Origin: a virus
DNA length: 64,000 nucleotides
Reading direction: 5' to 3' (one strand)
IMG/VR virus record: IMGVR_UViG_3300008267_000016
Location: 21,269 to 85,268 of that record
Shown here: one piece after another, positions 1-8,547 of the stretch
Layout of the letters: the number at the start of each line of letters is the position of its first letter
How positions within the stretch are numbered: position 1 is the first letter of the stretch
Program-made: the position numbers and the translations under genes
The notes under the pieces: generated by a model
What the model was told of the DNA's origin: nothing
The model's input: the letters and a program-made list of their open reading frames with translations, nothing else
The model's database searches: none

Positions 1-158
1 GTCAAGAGCCTTGCGGATTCCATTTAATGTGGCGTTGTGAATGAAGACAACGCGAAAAGGTTAGCAGGAATCTTCATGAAGTGAATCTGTGATTCTTGGC
101 TTAAGGTTAATTTTAGGTTTCAACCCGGTAGACTAGGGGGACGCATTAGACCAGGGCC

Positions 159-407
159 ATGGCGATCCGCATCGCTGGTGAGATTTTCAAGGGCTACAAC
201 CAGCCTCGGCGGGACTCGGATGGCGGTAAAAAGTTCGCTGTGGCGGCCAAGGAAGGCGACGAAGTGCGCTTGGTTCGTTTTGGAGATCCCAATATGACAA
301 TCAAAAAGCATATTCCAGAACGTCGGGAGAACTTTAGAGCACGTCATAACTGCGATAATCCTGGCAGTAAACTGAAAGCTCGTTATTGGGCGTGCAAAAG
401 TTGGTGA
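159..407 (+). CDS. Small basic phage protein (DUF6321-like)
   Basis: KKFAV..VRLVRFGDPNM..RRENFRARHNCD..ARYWAC pattern typical of this phage family. Confidence 0.7.
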   Translation: MAIRIAGEIFKGYNQPRRDSDGGKKFAVAAKEGDEVRLVRFGDPNMTIKKHIPERRENFRARHNCDNPGSKLKARYWACKSW

Positions 408-461
408 GCCTTAGGCGAAATTATGATTTGATTTAAACTGAGATTAGATGCACTTCGGGCG

Positions 462-695
462 GTGAGAGACGAGAGAGAGCAGCTTCACGTCGGCCTGACT
501 TTGGAAGATGATTTCACCTTGACACGGTTGAAGAACGCCGCTCACGCACTCAAGGGAGAAGATCGAGATCAGTATTTATGGAAAACAATTTTTAGATTTG
601 TATGCCGCGAACGAGCTTTTAAATCAGTTATGGAAGAAATTGGCGTGGTTATTGACACTAATATAGATATATTCGACGAAGAAGAGGATGAGTGA
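462..695 (+). CDS. nblA: NblA-like phycobilisome degradation adaptor
   Basis: LTLEDDF...RDQYLWKTIFRFVCRERAFKSVM fits the NblA pattern L(S/T)LEQ.F ... L......(R)E.....; size matches. Confidence 0.55.
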   Translation: MRDEREQLHVGLTLEDDFTLTRLKNAAHALKGEDRDQYLWKTIFRFVCRERAFKSVMEEIGVVIDTNIDIFDEEEDE

Positions 696-1512
696 TCTTA
701 TAAGCCCCAACGCTCGTCGTTGGTTAAATCTGCTTTCTTACGCTGAAGGCACTTGGGGAGGTTCTGCGCCACGTTACGACATTACGTTTGGTTATAAACC
801 AATAAAAGATCTCAGTCGTCACCCGAACCAAGTGGTTCAAGGTGGTAAGTATTCGAGTGCAGCGGCAGGTGCTTATCAGTTCATGCCTAGCACTTGGGCT
901 GGTGTAGCCAAACAGCAGGGACTTAAAGATTTCGGACCGAAATCTCAAGATATTGCTGCGTTAGCACTGATTCGCGCAAAAGGGGTAGACCCTGATCGAG
1001 ATCCGATCACTAAAGACACTGTTGCTAAGTTATCGGGAACTTGGGCTTCTCTCCCTACGCTGCAAGGAAAGAGTGCTTATGGACAGCCTGTAAAGAGTTT
1101 TGAATCGCTACGTCAGTTTGCTGAAAAACAAGGAGCTTCTACGGCCGCAGCACCACAAGCTACCTCTGAGCAAACTACAGCTTCTAAAACTTCTGGACTC
1201 GGGCAAGTATTGCTAAATAAATTCATCGACATGATGGGTGCGATGGGAGGCCGTGGATTTGGCCAACGCTCTGCTCTGCCAACTCCAGGAATGCCGGATT
1301 ATTCTGAAAGTTCTATTAGCCCAGGACAGCAGGAAATTGGGGTGTTATTAGATGCGTATAAAGGGCGTAAAAATACTGAACAGTACCAACAAGCTGCTGA
1401 ACAAGATCTGGCACGAAATCTTCGAGGTAACGTAGCGGCTGCTGAAGCAGCTAAAGCTGAACTCTTAGCTCAAGCTTTAGGTGCTTTTGGTGCTCCTTCC
1501 TCTGTTATTTAA
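688..1512 (+). CDS. Virion-associated lysozyme (lambda-R/GH104-like) with C-terminal extension
   Basis: AEGT, YD, SAAAGAYQF, DFGPKSQD, WASLP motifs. Confidence 0.85.
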   Translation: MSDLISPNARRWLNLLSYAEGTWGGSAPRYDITFGYKPIKDLSRHPNQVVQGGKYSSAAAGAYQFMPSTWAGVAKQQGLKDFGPKSQDIAALALIRAKGVDPDRDPITKDTVAKLSGTWASLPTLQGKSAYGQPVKSFESLRQFAEKQGASTAAAPQATSEQTTASKTSGLGQVLLNKFIDMMGAMGGRGFGQRSALPTPGMPDYSESSISPGQQEIGVLLDAYKGRKNTEQYQQAAEQDLARNLRGNVAAAEAAKAELLAQALGAFGAPSSVI

Positions 1513-1654
1513 ACGTATAATCAATAGAGGTTAGTGCGTTACCAATGAATCCCTTTGCTGCTGGGGTTGATGTACCGGTAAGCCTAATATTTTCTGGAAT
1601 GGCTTTTGATCCCGGCAAAACGACTATTTCCTGATTCAACCACCGAGCACAAAC

Positions 1655-2386
1655 ATGGCCGCCACTGCTGCTGATTTTCCGAATACTTCTTGGAAGAATT
1701 ATTCGGAGCCAGTTTCTTCCGCTGCTGGAGAAGGGAAGATTGGATTTTCAGGAGCTCCAGTAGGGAGTGTAGCTGGCGCTTTCGATTTAAATAACTTAAC
1801 TCGTTTAGCTGGGAGTCTTGGCAGTCTATTCGGAAGTGGATCTAATTCTATTGAAGACTATATAAAACAAGCTACAAAAACACTCAAACAAGAACAACGT
1901 AGAACTACAAAAAAGATTAATACTCGCATCGAAAATATCTATCCCGAGCTCACCGGTATGACGGGTGAGGAAGCTTTAAATAAGTATTACGATGCTTTTG
2001 CTAATACTGTTGCTGACGTAACTGCTCAAGGTCGTGCAGATCTAGGAGTTACCCCTGATATTTCAGCTGAGTATGATCGCTTAAATAATCGAGTTCAAAA
2101 TATTCAAAATCAATATTCTTTAGCTGGTCGTTTAGGTGGCTACGAAAAGCTAGCACTCGACCCCCCCGTGGTTTCGATGGATGCTGCCTCTATTCGAAAT
2201 GTTGCTGATTGGGTAGACCCTACCAGTAATCAGATTAAGAGTAAGTATAAGGCAATGTATGATTATCAAGATCCTCAAAGTCAGCAGTTTATTTACGGAT
2301 CCCGTAATACTGCTGATGCTATCGGTCGTTATTACAATACAAGTGGTGATGTATCTGGTCTGATGAACTACGGCGGCCTTGGTTGA
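1655..2386 (+). CDS. Putative internal virion protein
   Basis: Long ORF with Gly/Ser-rich N-terminus and helical body, in late cluster. Confidence 0.55.
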   Translation: MAATAADFPNTSWKNYSEPVSSAAGEGKIGFSGAPVGSVAGAFDLNNLTRLAGSLGSLFGSGSNSIEDYIKQATKTLKQEQRRTTKKINTRIENIYPELTGMTGEEALNKYYDAFANTVADVTAQGRADLGVTPDISAEYDRLNNRVQNIQNQYSLAGRLGGYEKLALDPPVVSMDAASIRNVADWVDPTSNQIKSKYKAMYDYQDPQSQQFIYGSRNTADAIGRYYNTSGDVSGLMNYGGLG

Positions 2387-2667
2387 TGCGTAGCATCAAT
2401 AAACTAAGCATAGAAAAACGAGCAGAAAGTTACGGTCGGCGTCGTCAACACCATGTCGACCGTGATCCTTCTTTTCATCGGTTTGCCGGAGAGTTATTCG
2501 GTATAGAACTTCGTGATAAAAATCGACAACAAGAAATAAAAGCTAGGCAAAGACTACAGTCCATGCGTGGCGTAGGCTTAGGTTTTGGCGAGAGAGATCA
2601 GTTCGGCCCAGATGATTCTTGGGACACGAAAGATCCGATTAAATATACACCCTCCCAAGCGTACTAA
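2383..2667 (+). CDS. Hypothetical basic protein
   Basis: Overlaps upstream stop; carries RFAGELFG motif. Confidence 0.6.
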   Translation: MMRSINKLSIEKRAESYGRRRQHHVDRDPSFHRFAGELFGIELRDKNRQQEIKARQRLQSMRGVGLGFGERDQFGPDDSWDTKDPIKYTPSQAY

Positions 2668-3226
2668 AGTATTCAGCAAAAGTCTGTATACTTTGTTCGT
2701 AATTAGATCTAGGTGGTAAGTGATAAACGAAACCAAGTACTTTGGTTTCTATTGGCTCTAAATTTTTTTCTTTAAGTAGCTTAGGTTTATTGGCTAATAC
2801 ACAAAGAGGAAAGTCAAAATTTATCTTTTGTGTAACTAGAAGAGCAACCTCAGAAGAAGTTAAAAAAACTACCGCCTGTTCAAATTCGTTGTGAAGCCAT
2901 TTGCGATAGCAAAGTTCTAACCAGATCCTCTGGGCTGACTTCTTAAATCGGTAATTCTTTTGGAAAAGCCGCGTATTTCTTGGTTGCTCAGTTCCAGCCA
3001 AGGTGCTTCTTGGAGGAAACAGATAAACATTCTTGGCCTTCCACGGTTGAATTAGACCATTTTCACGCCAAGTGAAATAACGCTCAGCTTGAATCACTGA
3101 GTTAGCAGCTTCACTTGAAGCTGGGTCCAATTCAATCGAGCCTCCGAAGAAAGCAGCCGTGGTTGCTATTAAATCTGCAGGTGAGACGAAGTCATCATCA
3201 GAGAATGAGACTGTTTGAAAGCTCAT
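2639..3226 (-). CDS. Phage Dam-like N6-adenine methyltransferase homolog, catalytic motif degenerate
   Basis: IELDPASS..AN..I.AERYFT..NGL..PW....VYLFPP; NPPY replaced by FPPR. Confidence 0.65.
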   Translation of the reverse strand: MSFQTVSFSDDDFVSPADLIATTAAFFGGSIELDPASSEAANSVIQAERYFTWRENGLIQPWKAKNVYLFPPRSTLAGTEQPRNTRLFQKNYRFKKSAQRIWLELCYRKWLHNEFEQAVVFLTSSEVALLVTQKINFDFPLCVLANKPKLLKEKNLEPIETKVLGFVYHLPPRSNYEQSIQTFAEYFSTLGRVYI

Positions 3227-3617
3227 CGATTTTTTTATTAGCCTCGATTGGATCAATCAAGTGGATTGCGATTTCATTCGATTGAACCATCGCTACTAGA
3301 GCAAGATCTGATTCGGATTCTTTTTCTATAACCTGAATTACTTTTGCGAATAAAGCTTCCGCTTTTTCATCCATTCCTTCTTGTGCTACTGCGAGGTCGT
3401 TTTCAAGTTCTTCTTTAGTTAGATATTTTGAGTTCTCCGGATCTTCTGGGTTGAATATCAAGATACCTTCGCCTCTTGCGGCTCGGTTCTCGAAATAAAG
3501 TCGTGTGATATCAGAAAGAATAGTGCGGACTACGCCTGCACTAATCATGCGCTCTGTTTCATTACCCCCAAAGAGGTTTTTGATCAAAGCGGTTGCGCCG
3601 CGAGAAAGGTCAGACAT
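3198..3617 (-). CDS. Hypothetical protein
   Basis: Clean ORF in coupled minus-strand operon. Confidence 0.7.
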   Translation of the reverse strand: MSDLSRGATALIKNLFGGNETERMISAGVVRTILSDITRLYFENRAARGEGILIFNPEDPENSKYLTKEELENDLAVAQEGMDEKAEALFAKVIQVIEKESESDLALVAMVQSNEIAIHLIDPIEANKKIDELSNSLIL

Positions 3618-3933
3618 TGGTGAAATTTTTCCATGCGGCTTCCATAACCGCGTGTGGATCATACAGAAACTTAGAGGAGTTTCGCTCAGTAGGGTCTACT
3701 TTGCAATAGTGCTTACCCTCTACAAGCCCAGAGGTTCCTCCTGAAACAATCCCTTGGTGTATTAATTTATCTATAGCTACTGATGGGATATTTAGCCGTT
3801 GGCTGATGGTCTTTTTGCTTACAAATGCACTTGTTGTTTTTCCTTCCTTTTGAGAAACCAATAACTGAAGTGAAATGTCGATACTGGTGAGTGCTTCTCG
3901 AATCGTTTTGATTTCTTTAAGCGTTTGATCCAT
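3610..3933 (-). CDS. Putative DNA-binding protein (excisionase/HTH-like)
   Basis: SKKTISQRLNIPSVAIDKLI...LVEGKHY pattern. Confidence 0.5.
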   Translation of the reverse strand: MDQTLKEIKTIREALTSIDISLQLLVSQKEGKTTSAFVSKKTISQRLNIPSVAIDKLIHQGIVSGGTSGLVEGKHYCKVDPTERNSSKFLYDPHAVMEAAWKNFTNV

Positions 3934-4064
3934 GTAAATAAGAGAGGGGCTCCTCTTGATCACCTGGCGCCAGGCAACCAGAGCGAATTACTGCTGGTCG
4001 GAAAAGGCTAAAACGAACACAGCACCCCTCAAACCACTGCGGCCTTTGTTACGCAGAGGTCTGT

Positions 4065-4520
4065 CTAGTCTAAGAGTGCTGAGGCTTTTGTCTCGAAGTC
4101 GGCTGGGTCCTCAATGAGAAGTGCGATCAGTTTATCAAGCTTAGAGGCGGTGTCAACCACATTAGGGGTGTTCTTGATTAACCAGTAACTATATGCGTTT
4201 AATAGGTAATAATGTGTTTGCTTAGCTTTAAGGGCGCCAACTTTCCAGCGCTCAAAATCAAAAGCGTTGCTGTGGCGACTAGATCCTGTTTTGAGTTCAA
4301 GTTCTCGGATTTCTATTTGAAGCTCGATATCCTTGATTGTGTATTCAAGTGAACTAATTTTCGCTTGACAGTCTTTAAAGCTGGCAGGCGGCTGGTTGTC
4401 TGTGTAGATCCAGCCTGGAAGATTTTCAATGCGAAATTCTTCTTCCCAAAGGCAAGGCCGCTTCAGCTCAGTCGAAGAGCTCTGTGAGTATGCGGGCGAT
4501 GTGTACGTTGTAACAACCAT
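4065..4520 (-). CDS. Hypothetical coiled-coil protein
   Basis: ORF with heptad-like central helix. Confidence 0.65.
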   Translation of the reverse strand: MVVTTYTSPAYSQSSSTELKRPCLWEEEFRIENLPGWIYTDNQPPASFKDCQAKISSLEYTIKDIELQIEIRELELKTGSSRHSNAFDFERWKVGALKAKQTHYYLLNAYSYWLIKNTPNVVDTASKLDKLIALLIEDPADFETKASALLD

Positions 4521-4869
4521 TTAAACAATAAAGTGAGTGTTGCTCGAAAGAAGTTTTAATTACGAGGTCTAGTTGAATTAACTGCCTCAAGTGATTGCGG
4601 ACTGCGCTCGTCGATTGACCGACTACTTCGGCAATCTCCGAAATACTAGCAGGCATAATCTGCTGTAAATCGAGAATTAAGCCACTGTGGCGAGTAATTG
4701 CTTGGATGCGGCCCTGATGCCTTGGATTGTGGAAAGCGATAATTTCGTTCCGTGCTTCTCTTGTAAAACCTTTTGCGTGATCTTTGCTGAAATACCCAGC
4801 TCTTGAAGATGCTGTATCAGCTTTTCGATTTGAGGGGTAGCCTTTTGATTCGGGCTCGGTGTGATACAT
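4468..4869 (-). CDS. Winged-helix (ArsR-like) DNA-binding protein; true start probably near 4680
   Basis: PASISEIAEVVGQSTSAVRNHLRQLIQLDLV helix-turn-helix-wing. Confidence 0.65.
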   Translation of the reverse strand: MYHTEPESKGYPSNRKADTASSRAGYFSKDHAKGFTREARNEIIAFHNPRHQGRIQAITRHSGLILDLQQIMPASISEIAEVVGQSTSAVRNHLRQLIQLDLVIKTSFEQHSLYCLNGCYNVHIARILTELFD

Positions 4870-5366
4870 AAGTGGTATGGGTTGATACAGAATGGATTAG
4901 AGCACCTAGAGCGCACGTAGTCACTTGATCTTAGTTTTGTTTTAAAGAACGCTTCATAGATGAATCGCCTAGTACGCGTGCACTGGCCGTCATCCTCACT
5001 GTAAGTGAAGCCTCGATCCTCTGGGTACTCGAGATGCTCAACTCTGTCGATCAGAGGACGGTGCCGCTCAAGCCAAGCGTGAAGACGCCCAGCCCGACTA
5101 GAGGTGCTGGCTAGCTCAAGCCTGCACACCTCACAAGCCTGGACAAGGTCGTGAGGTAGGCGTAGACGCTTGCGGAAAGCCGCAGGGACCAGTAAAGGCT
5201 CAGACCTACCGCAAAGACAGCGCCAAGCTGAGACGTCTGCGTAGTGCTCGACGTGCCAGTGACCGAGTCTCTCGATCGTCTCAGGAGCACCTGTGGGAGT
5301 CGGCGAGTCCGTGTCGTCCAGGTCTAGGAGACCTAGTAACGCAACTGCCCGCAGGTTTAAAGCCAT
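4677..5366 (-). CDS. HNH/His-Cys box-like domain plus C-terminal HTH
   Basis: CSNPFCINPYHL zinc loop, extra CxC/CxxC, HTH-like tail LSLSTIQGIR. Confidence 0.6.
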   Translation of the reverse strand: MALNLRAVALLGLLDLDDTDSPTPTGAPETIERLGHWHVEHYADVSAWRCLCGRSEPLLVPAAFRKRLRLPHDLVQACEVCRLELASTSSRAGRLHAWLERHRPLIDRVEHLEYPEDRGFTYSEDDGQCTRTRRFIYEAFFKTKLRSSDYVRSRCSNPFCINPYHLCITPSPNQKATPQIEKLIQHLQELGISAKITQKVLQEKHGTKLSLSTIQGIRAASKQLLATVA

Positions 5367-5796
5367 GCCAAGGGTCGCATCTTGGGCGCATCGTAGCACC
5401 GAGGGTGCTTCAGGGACTGTTAAAAGACTATGGAGCTCACAGAACTCACAGAAAGCACAGAAGGGTAGCTGGCGCAGAACCTCATAGGATTAATACTTTC
5501 TTTTTTTAGGGATTCCAATACGAGACTGGGTTGAGACACAGCTTTTTATCTTTATTGAGACGTCTCCTTAATGTTTCCTGAGTAGTTTTACAAGAAACTA
5601 ACTAAGTACGTTTATCTAAATTTAATTCAAATAATTTATCTCTCTCAACAACGATCCAGTTTCGTTGAGAACGTCAACTTCCACAAAAAGTTTCAAGGGG
5701 ATTTTTTTGAAGAGAGTATCCAAAAGCAACCGGCCAGCCCGTGGATTTGTTATATCTTTAAAAAGATGTAGACTTTGTGAAACGTAGAGGTGCTTT

Positions 5797-5964
5797 GTGT
5801 CAAAGACTACCGTCCAGCCCGTAGAAGAGATTACTTGGGAAGGCTTGCGTCGTAGAGCTACTGTGCTCGGTATCCCTGCCTGGAAACTTGCGGAGAGTTT
5901 TGCCGTGCATGAACGAAATGGCGAGCTCATATTTAAAGTTTCTGGCAGTAGCACAAAGACGTAG
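5797..5964 (+). CDS. Small hypothetical protein (MSKTTVQPVEEITWEGLRRRATVLGIPAWKLAE...)
   Basis: Read manually: GTG start after GAGG, 55 aa; not in ORF track. Confidence 0.5.
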   Translation: MSKTTVQPVEEITWEGLRRRATVLGIPAWKLAESFAVHERNGELIFKVSGSSTKT

Positions 5965-6017
5965 AATTTAATCTCTCTCGGTTAAACTGGAGAATACGGG
6001 AGGGATTACGTTTTTAG

Positions 6018-7418
6018 ATGACTGAAACTAACGTACCCGCCTGTCCACTTCACGGTGCGCTTCCTCGTGCTCTCCACCCAGAGAATTTCGAAGGGATCGT
6101 AACCGTAATTGAAGAACTTATTGAAACGGTAAGCGGTGTGGGGACTTTAAGTTACTCCAGGTGCCCTTATGGGTATTCTTATAACTTTGAGGGAGTAGTC
6201 CGAGCTTTAGAAGACTTAAACGTCAGCGTTAGTGGCATAAACCTTGGTTTCCCAGACCCTGCTGGTAGCGGGATTATTGGAGGTTCTGGAATTCACGTTG
6301 AGTACAGTGGAGGTTACGGAATTATTGAGAGCCAGATTACTCAGGTTTGGCCTGGTTCTGGTGTAACTCCTGTTTACAGCGGCGAAGGTACAGTTTTTGA
6401 TGTAAATCTCCTAGGTTTTGCTGGTGTAGATGTTCTATACAGCGGCACTTATATTCAAGTTTCTGGAACCAAAGACCAGGCTGTAGCTGTTGTTAGTGGT
6501 CTTATTGGCGGCGAAGGTATAACGATTGTTGCAAGCGGCGACACGGCAGTTGTCTCTACCGATTTAGTTGGCCAAGGCTCCGTTAACTTCTCCTACAACA
6601 ATGCTGGTGTTGGTGTCATATCCGGACAAGCTCAACAGCTACTAGTTGCTGGGTCTGGTACTAGTGTCCGTTCGAGCGGTGACTATCAGATTGTCGATGT
6701 CGGCGTTCTTGGCGGCGGACTAACTGATGTTACTTACTCTGGTTCGTTTATTACCGTTGATGGCGGAACTACGTTAGTCGCCGGATCGGGTACAAGCGTT
6801 CGCACCAGTGGCGACTATCAAATTGTTGATGTCGGTATTCAAGCCGGCTCCAACATGAGCGTTGTCTACTCAGGTCAGTTTGTTGGATTGGCCAGTTCCG
6901 CCAGCGCAGGCTCCGCTGTGGTGACTGTATCTGGTGATCCTGGTTTCAACTACATAGGCGGTTCACTCTGGTTTGACACTAACGAGGGCCGTCTGTTTGT
7001 TTATGCGTCTGGTAACGGCATAGAAGAACCTGATTGGTATGTAGCTAACGCCGAAGCTCTAGCTATTAAGAGTGAAGTGCCACCTTCAGGCACTGGTGGA
7101 TTTAACGCACCACCGTTAGACGGAACCCTCTGGTTCAATACCTTGATGGGTTCACTCTTTGTTTACGATTCAACAACAAGTGGTTGGTATGAGTCCGCAG
7201 CATCCAGAACTCCTGTATATGACTCGGTAGCTCCCGTTGCTGCTGTTGACGGCACCTTGTGGACCGATTCGGGCACTAACATTATTCGCGTTTGGGATGG
7301 GTCTATCTGGGCAGATGTCACTGCTAGCGGTAGTCCTTATATTCCGCCTCCTGTTCCTTCTGGTTTAGATGCTGAAGCCGAAGGGGAAGTGATTGGCCTA
7401 ATCATGGGTCTGAGCTAA
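6018..7418 (+). CDS. Virion fibre/structural protein, Ser-Gly rich
   Basis: Repeated G.LW.D/NT....L.VY motifs typical of cyanophage fibres; internal repeat LVAGSGTSVR.SGDYQIVDVG x2. Confidence 0.75.
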   Translation: MTETNVPACPLHGALPRALHPENFEGIVTVIEELIETVSGVGTLSYSRCPYGYSYNFEGVVRALEDLNVSVSGINLGFPDPAGSGIIGGSGIHVEYSGGYGIIESQITQVWPGSGVTPVYSGEGTVFDVNLLGFAGVDVLYSGTYIQVSGTKDQAVAVVSGLIGGEGITIVASGDTAVVSTDLVGQGSVNFSYNNAGVGVISGQAQQLLVAGSGTSVRSSGDYQIVDVGVLGGGLTDVTYSGSFITVDGGTTLVAGSGTSVRTSGDYQIVDVGIQAGSNMSVVYSGQFVGLASSASAGSAVVTVSGDPGFNYIGGSLWFDTNEGRLFVYASGNGIEEPDWYVANAEALAIKSEVPPSGTGGFNAPPLDGTLWFNTLMGSLFVYDSTTSGWYESAASRTPVYDSVAPVAAVDGTLWTDSGTNIIRVWDGSIWADVTASGSPYIPPPVPSGLDAEAEGEVIGLIMGLS

Positions 7419-7442
7419 ATTGGCGCTTTCGATCTGAGGTTG

Positions 7443-7562
7443 ATGTCCAAACCCAAAACCACAACGCTTATTGTCAAAAAGTTAAAAAAGACTCACCAGG
7501 GTCAAGGTCGTCACTCGAAGCCGTCACATGGCCGTAAACTCAGCCGTGGACAAGGACGCTAG
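7443..7562 (+). CDS. Small basic protein (MSKPK...KKTHQGQGRHSK...SRGQGR)
   Basis: Read manually; KT.QG.G..S..K..RGQGR pattern widespread in aquatic phages. Confidence 0.65.
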   Translation: MSKPKTTTLIVKKLKKTHQGQGRHSKPSHGRKLSRGQGR

Positions 7563-7589
7563 AGTTTATTTATCTGCACGTGATTAGTT

Positions 7590-7982
7590 GTGCTTTTATC
7601 TTTTGTAGCTCAGCAACCTATACAAGTAGGTGATGCAGTTGCTGTAAGCACTACAGTATCAGGTCAGATAATTCCAGCTAATCCGTCTGGTTTAGTTTCA
7701 GCCAGTGTCGTAGGTGTAGCTATAGACACAGTGAGTGCTGGAGGCCTTTGCAGAGTTGTTAGTGACTCTGCGGCCTCCGTTTACTCCTCTCTTTCTCCTG
7801 GTTCGAGTTATTACTTAAGCCCTAGTGGAGGCTACGTAGTTAATTACGCGACATACGTTACAGAGTTTTATCAACTCGGTGTGTCTAGCTTGTATTTAAC
7901 TCAACTGGGCATAGCTGTCAATCAAAGCTCTATTCGCGTGAACCCAAGTGAGCCTAAGCTCGTCGTCAGTGGTTACTTGTAA
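7590..7982 (+). CDS. Putative capsid cement/fibre-base protein (DUF2190-like)
   Basis: I.VGDAV...VVGVA....G....V..L.PG..YYLS pattern. Confidence 0.55.
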   Translation: MLLSFVAQQPIQVGDAVAVSTTVSGQIIPANPSGLVSASVVGVAIDTVSAGGLCRVVSDSAASVYSSLSPGSSYYLSPSGGYVVNYATYVTEFYQLGVSSLYLTQLGIAVNQSSIRVNPSEPKLVVSGYL

Positions 7983-8011
7983 GACGTTGTAGAATTAAAA
8001 ACATCGCGTGG

Positions 8012-8536
8012 TTGTTGTCGGTGTCAAACAGGTCGATCTTCAACCGTAATTACACTAGCTATCAATCCGATGGTACTACCGTATTCTTAGCGAACGGTAG
8101 GGGTGTTGTTACAAATCCTGCTCCTGAGATAACTCTAGTAGCGGGAGCTGCATTAGTTGCCGGTGCTTGCGTAGCAGCTAGTGGTAATTATGTAATCCCG
8201 GCCACTGCTTTGAGCGGTAGCCCAACTTATGCGTTCTCTCCTATAGGGTTTGCTCAGAGTTCAGCTACTGTTGGTAACCCAGTTGTAATTAATTTAGATG
8301 GAGTTGTTAATTTAACTGGCGCCAATATCACGGCTGAGTCTTCGTTAGTGCCAGGTCAATATTATTACCTTTCAAAATTCAACGGTCAGGTTGTTAGATA
8401 CTCCACAGCTTCTGGAATTATCTCAGGTTCCGGATCTAATGCGTATGCCGCATCCTCCCCCGTGGGAGTAGCTTTAAACGGAAATCAATTGAGTATTGAG
8501 ATTGCTCCTCCCGTTCTTCTTTATACTGGAGCTTAA
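8012..8536 (+). CDS. Putative capsid cement/fibre-base protein, paralog of 7590
   Basis: L.AG..V...IGFA....G..V...G...LVPGQYYYLS...VGVAL. Confidence 0.55.
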   Translation: MLSVSNRSIFNRNYTSYQSDGTTVFLANGRGVVTNPAPEITLVAGAALVAGACVAASGNYVIPATALSGSPTYAFSPIGFAQSSATVGNPVVINLDGVVNLTGANITAESSLVPGQYYYLSKFNGQVVRYSTASGIISGSGSNAYAASSPVGVALNGNQLSIEIAPPVLLYTGA

Positions 8537-8547
8537 GGAGAAGAGTT

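Noticed and set aside
37-84. Mini-ORF containing RLAGIF as another motif carrier
   Set aside because: Only 15 codons at the window edge; coding status unsupported
6640-6840. Internal duplication in the fibre gene as a DGR template/variable pair
   Set aside because: Differences are mostly synonymous, not adenine-specific, and no reverse transcriptase is seen
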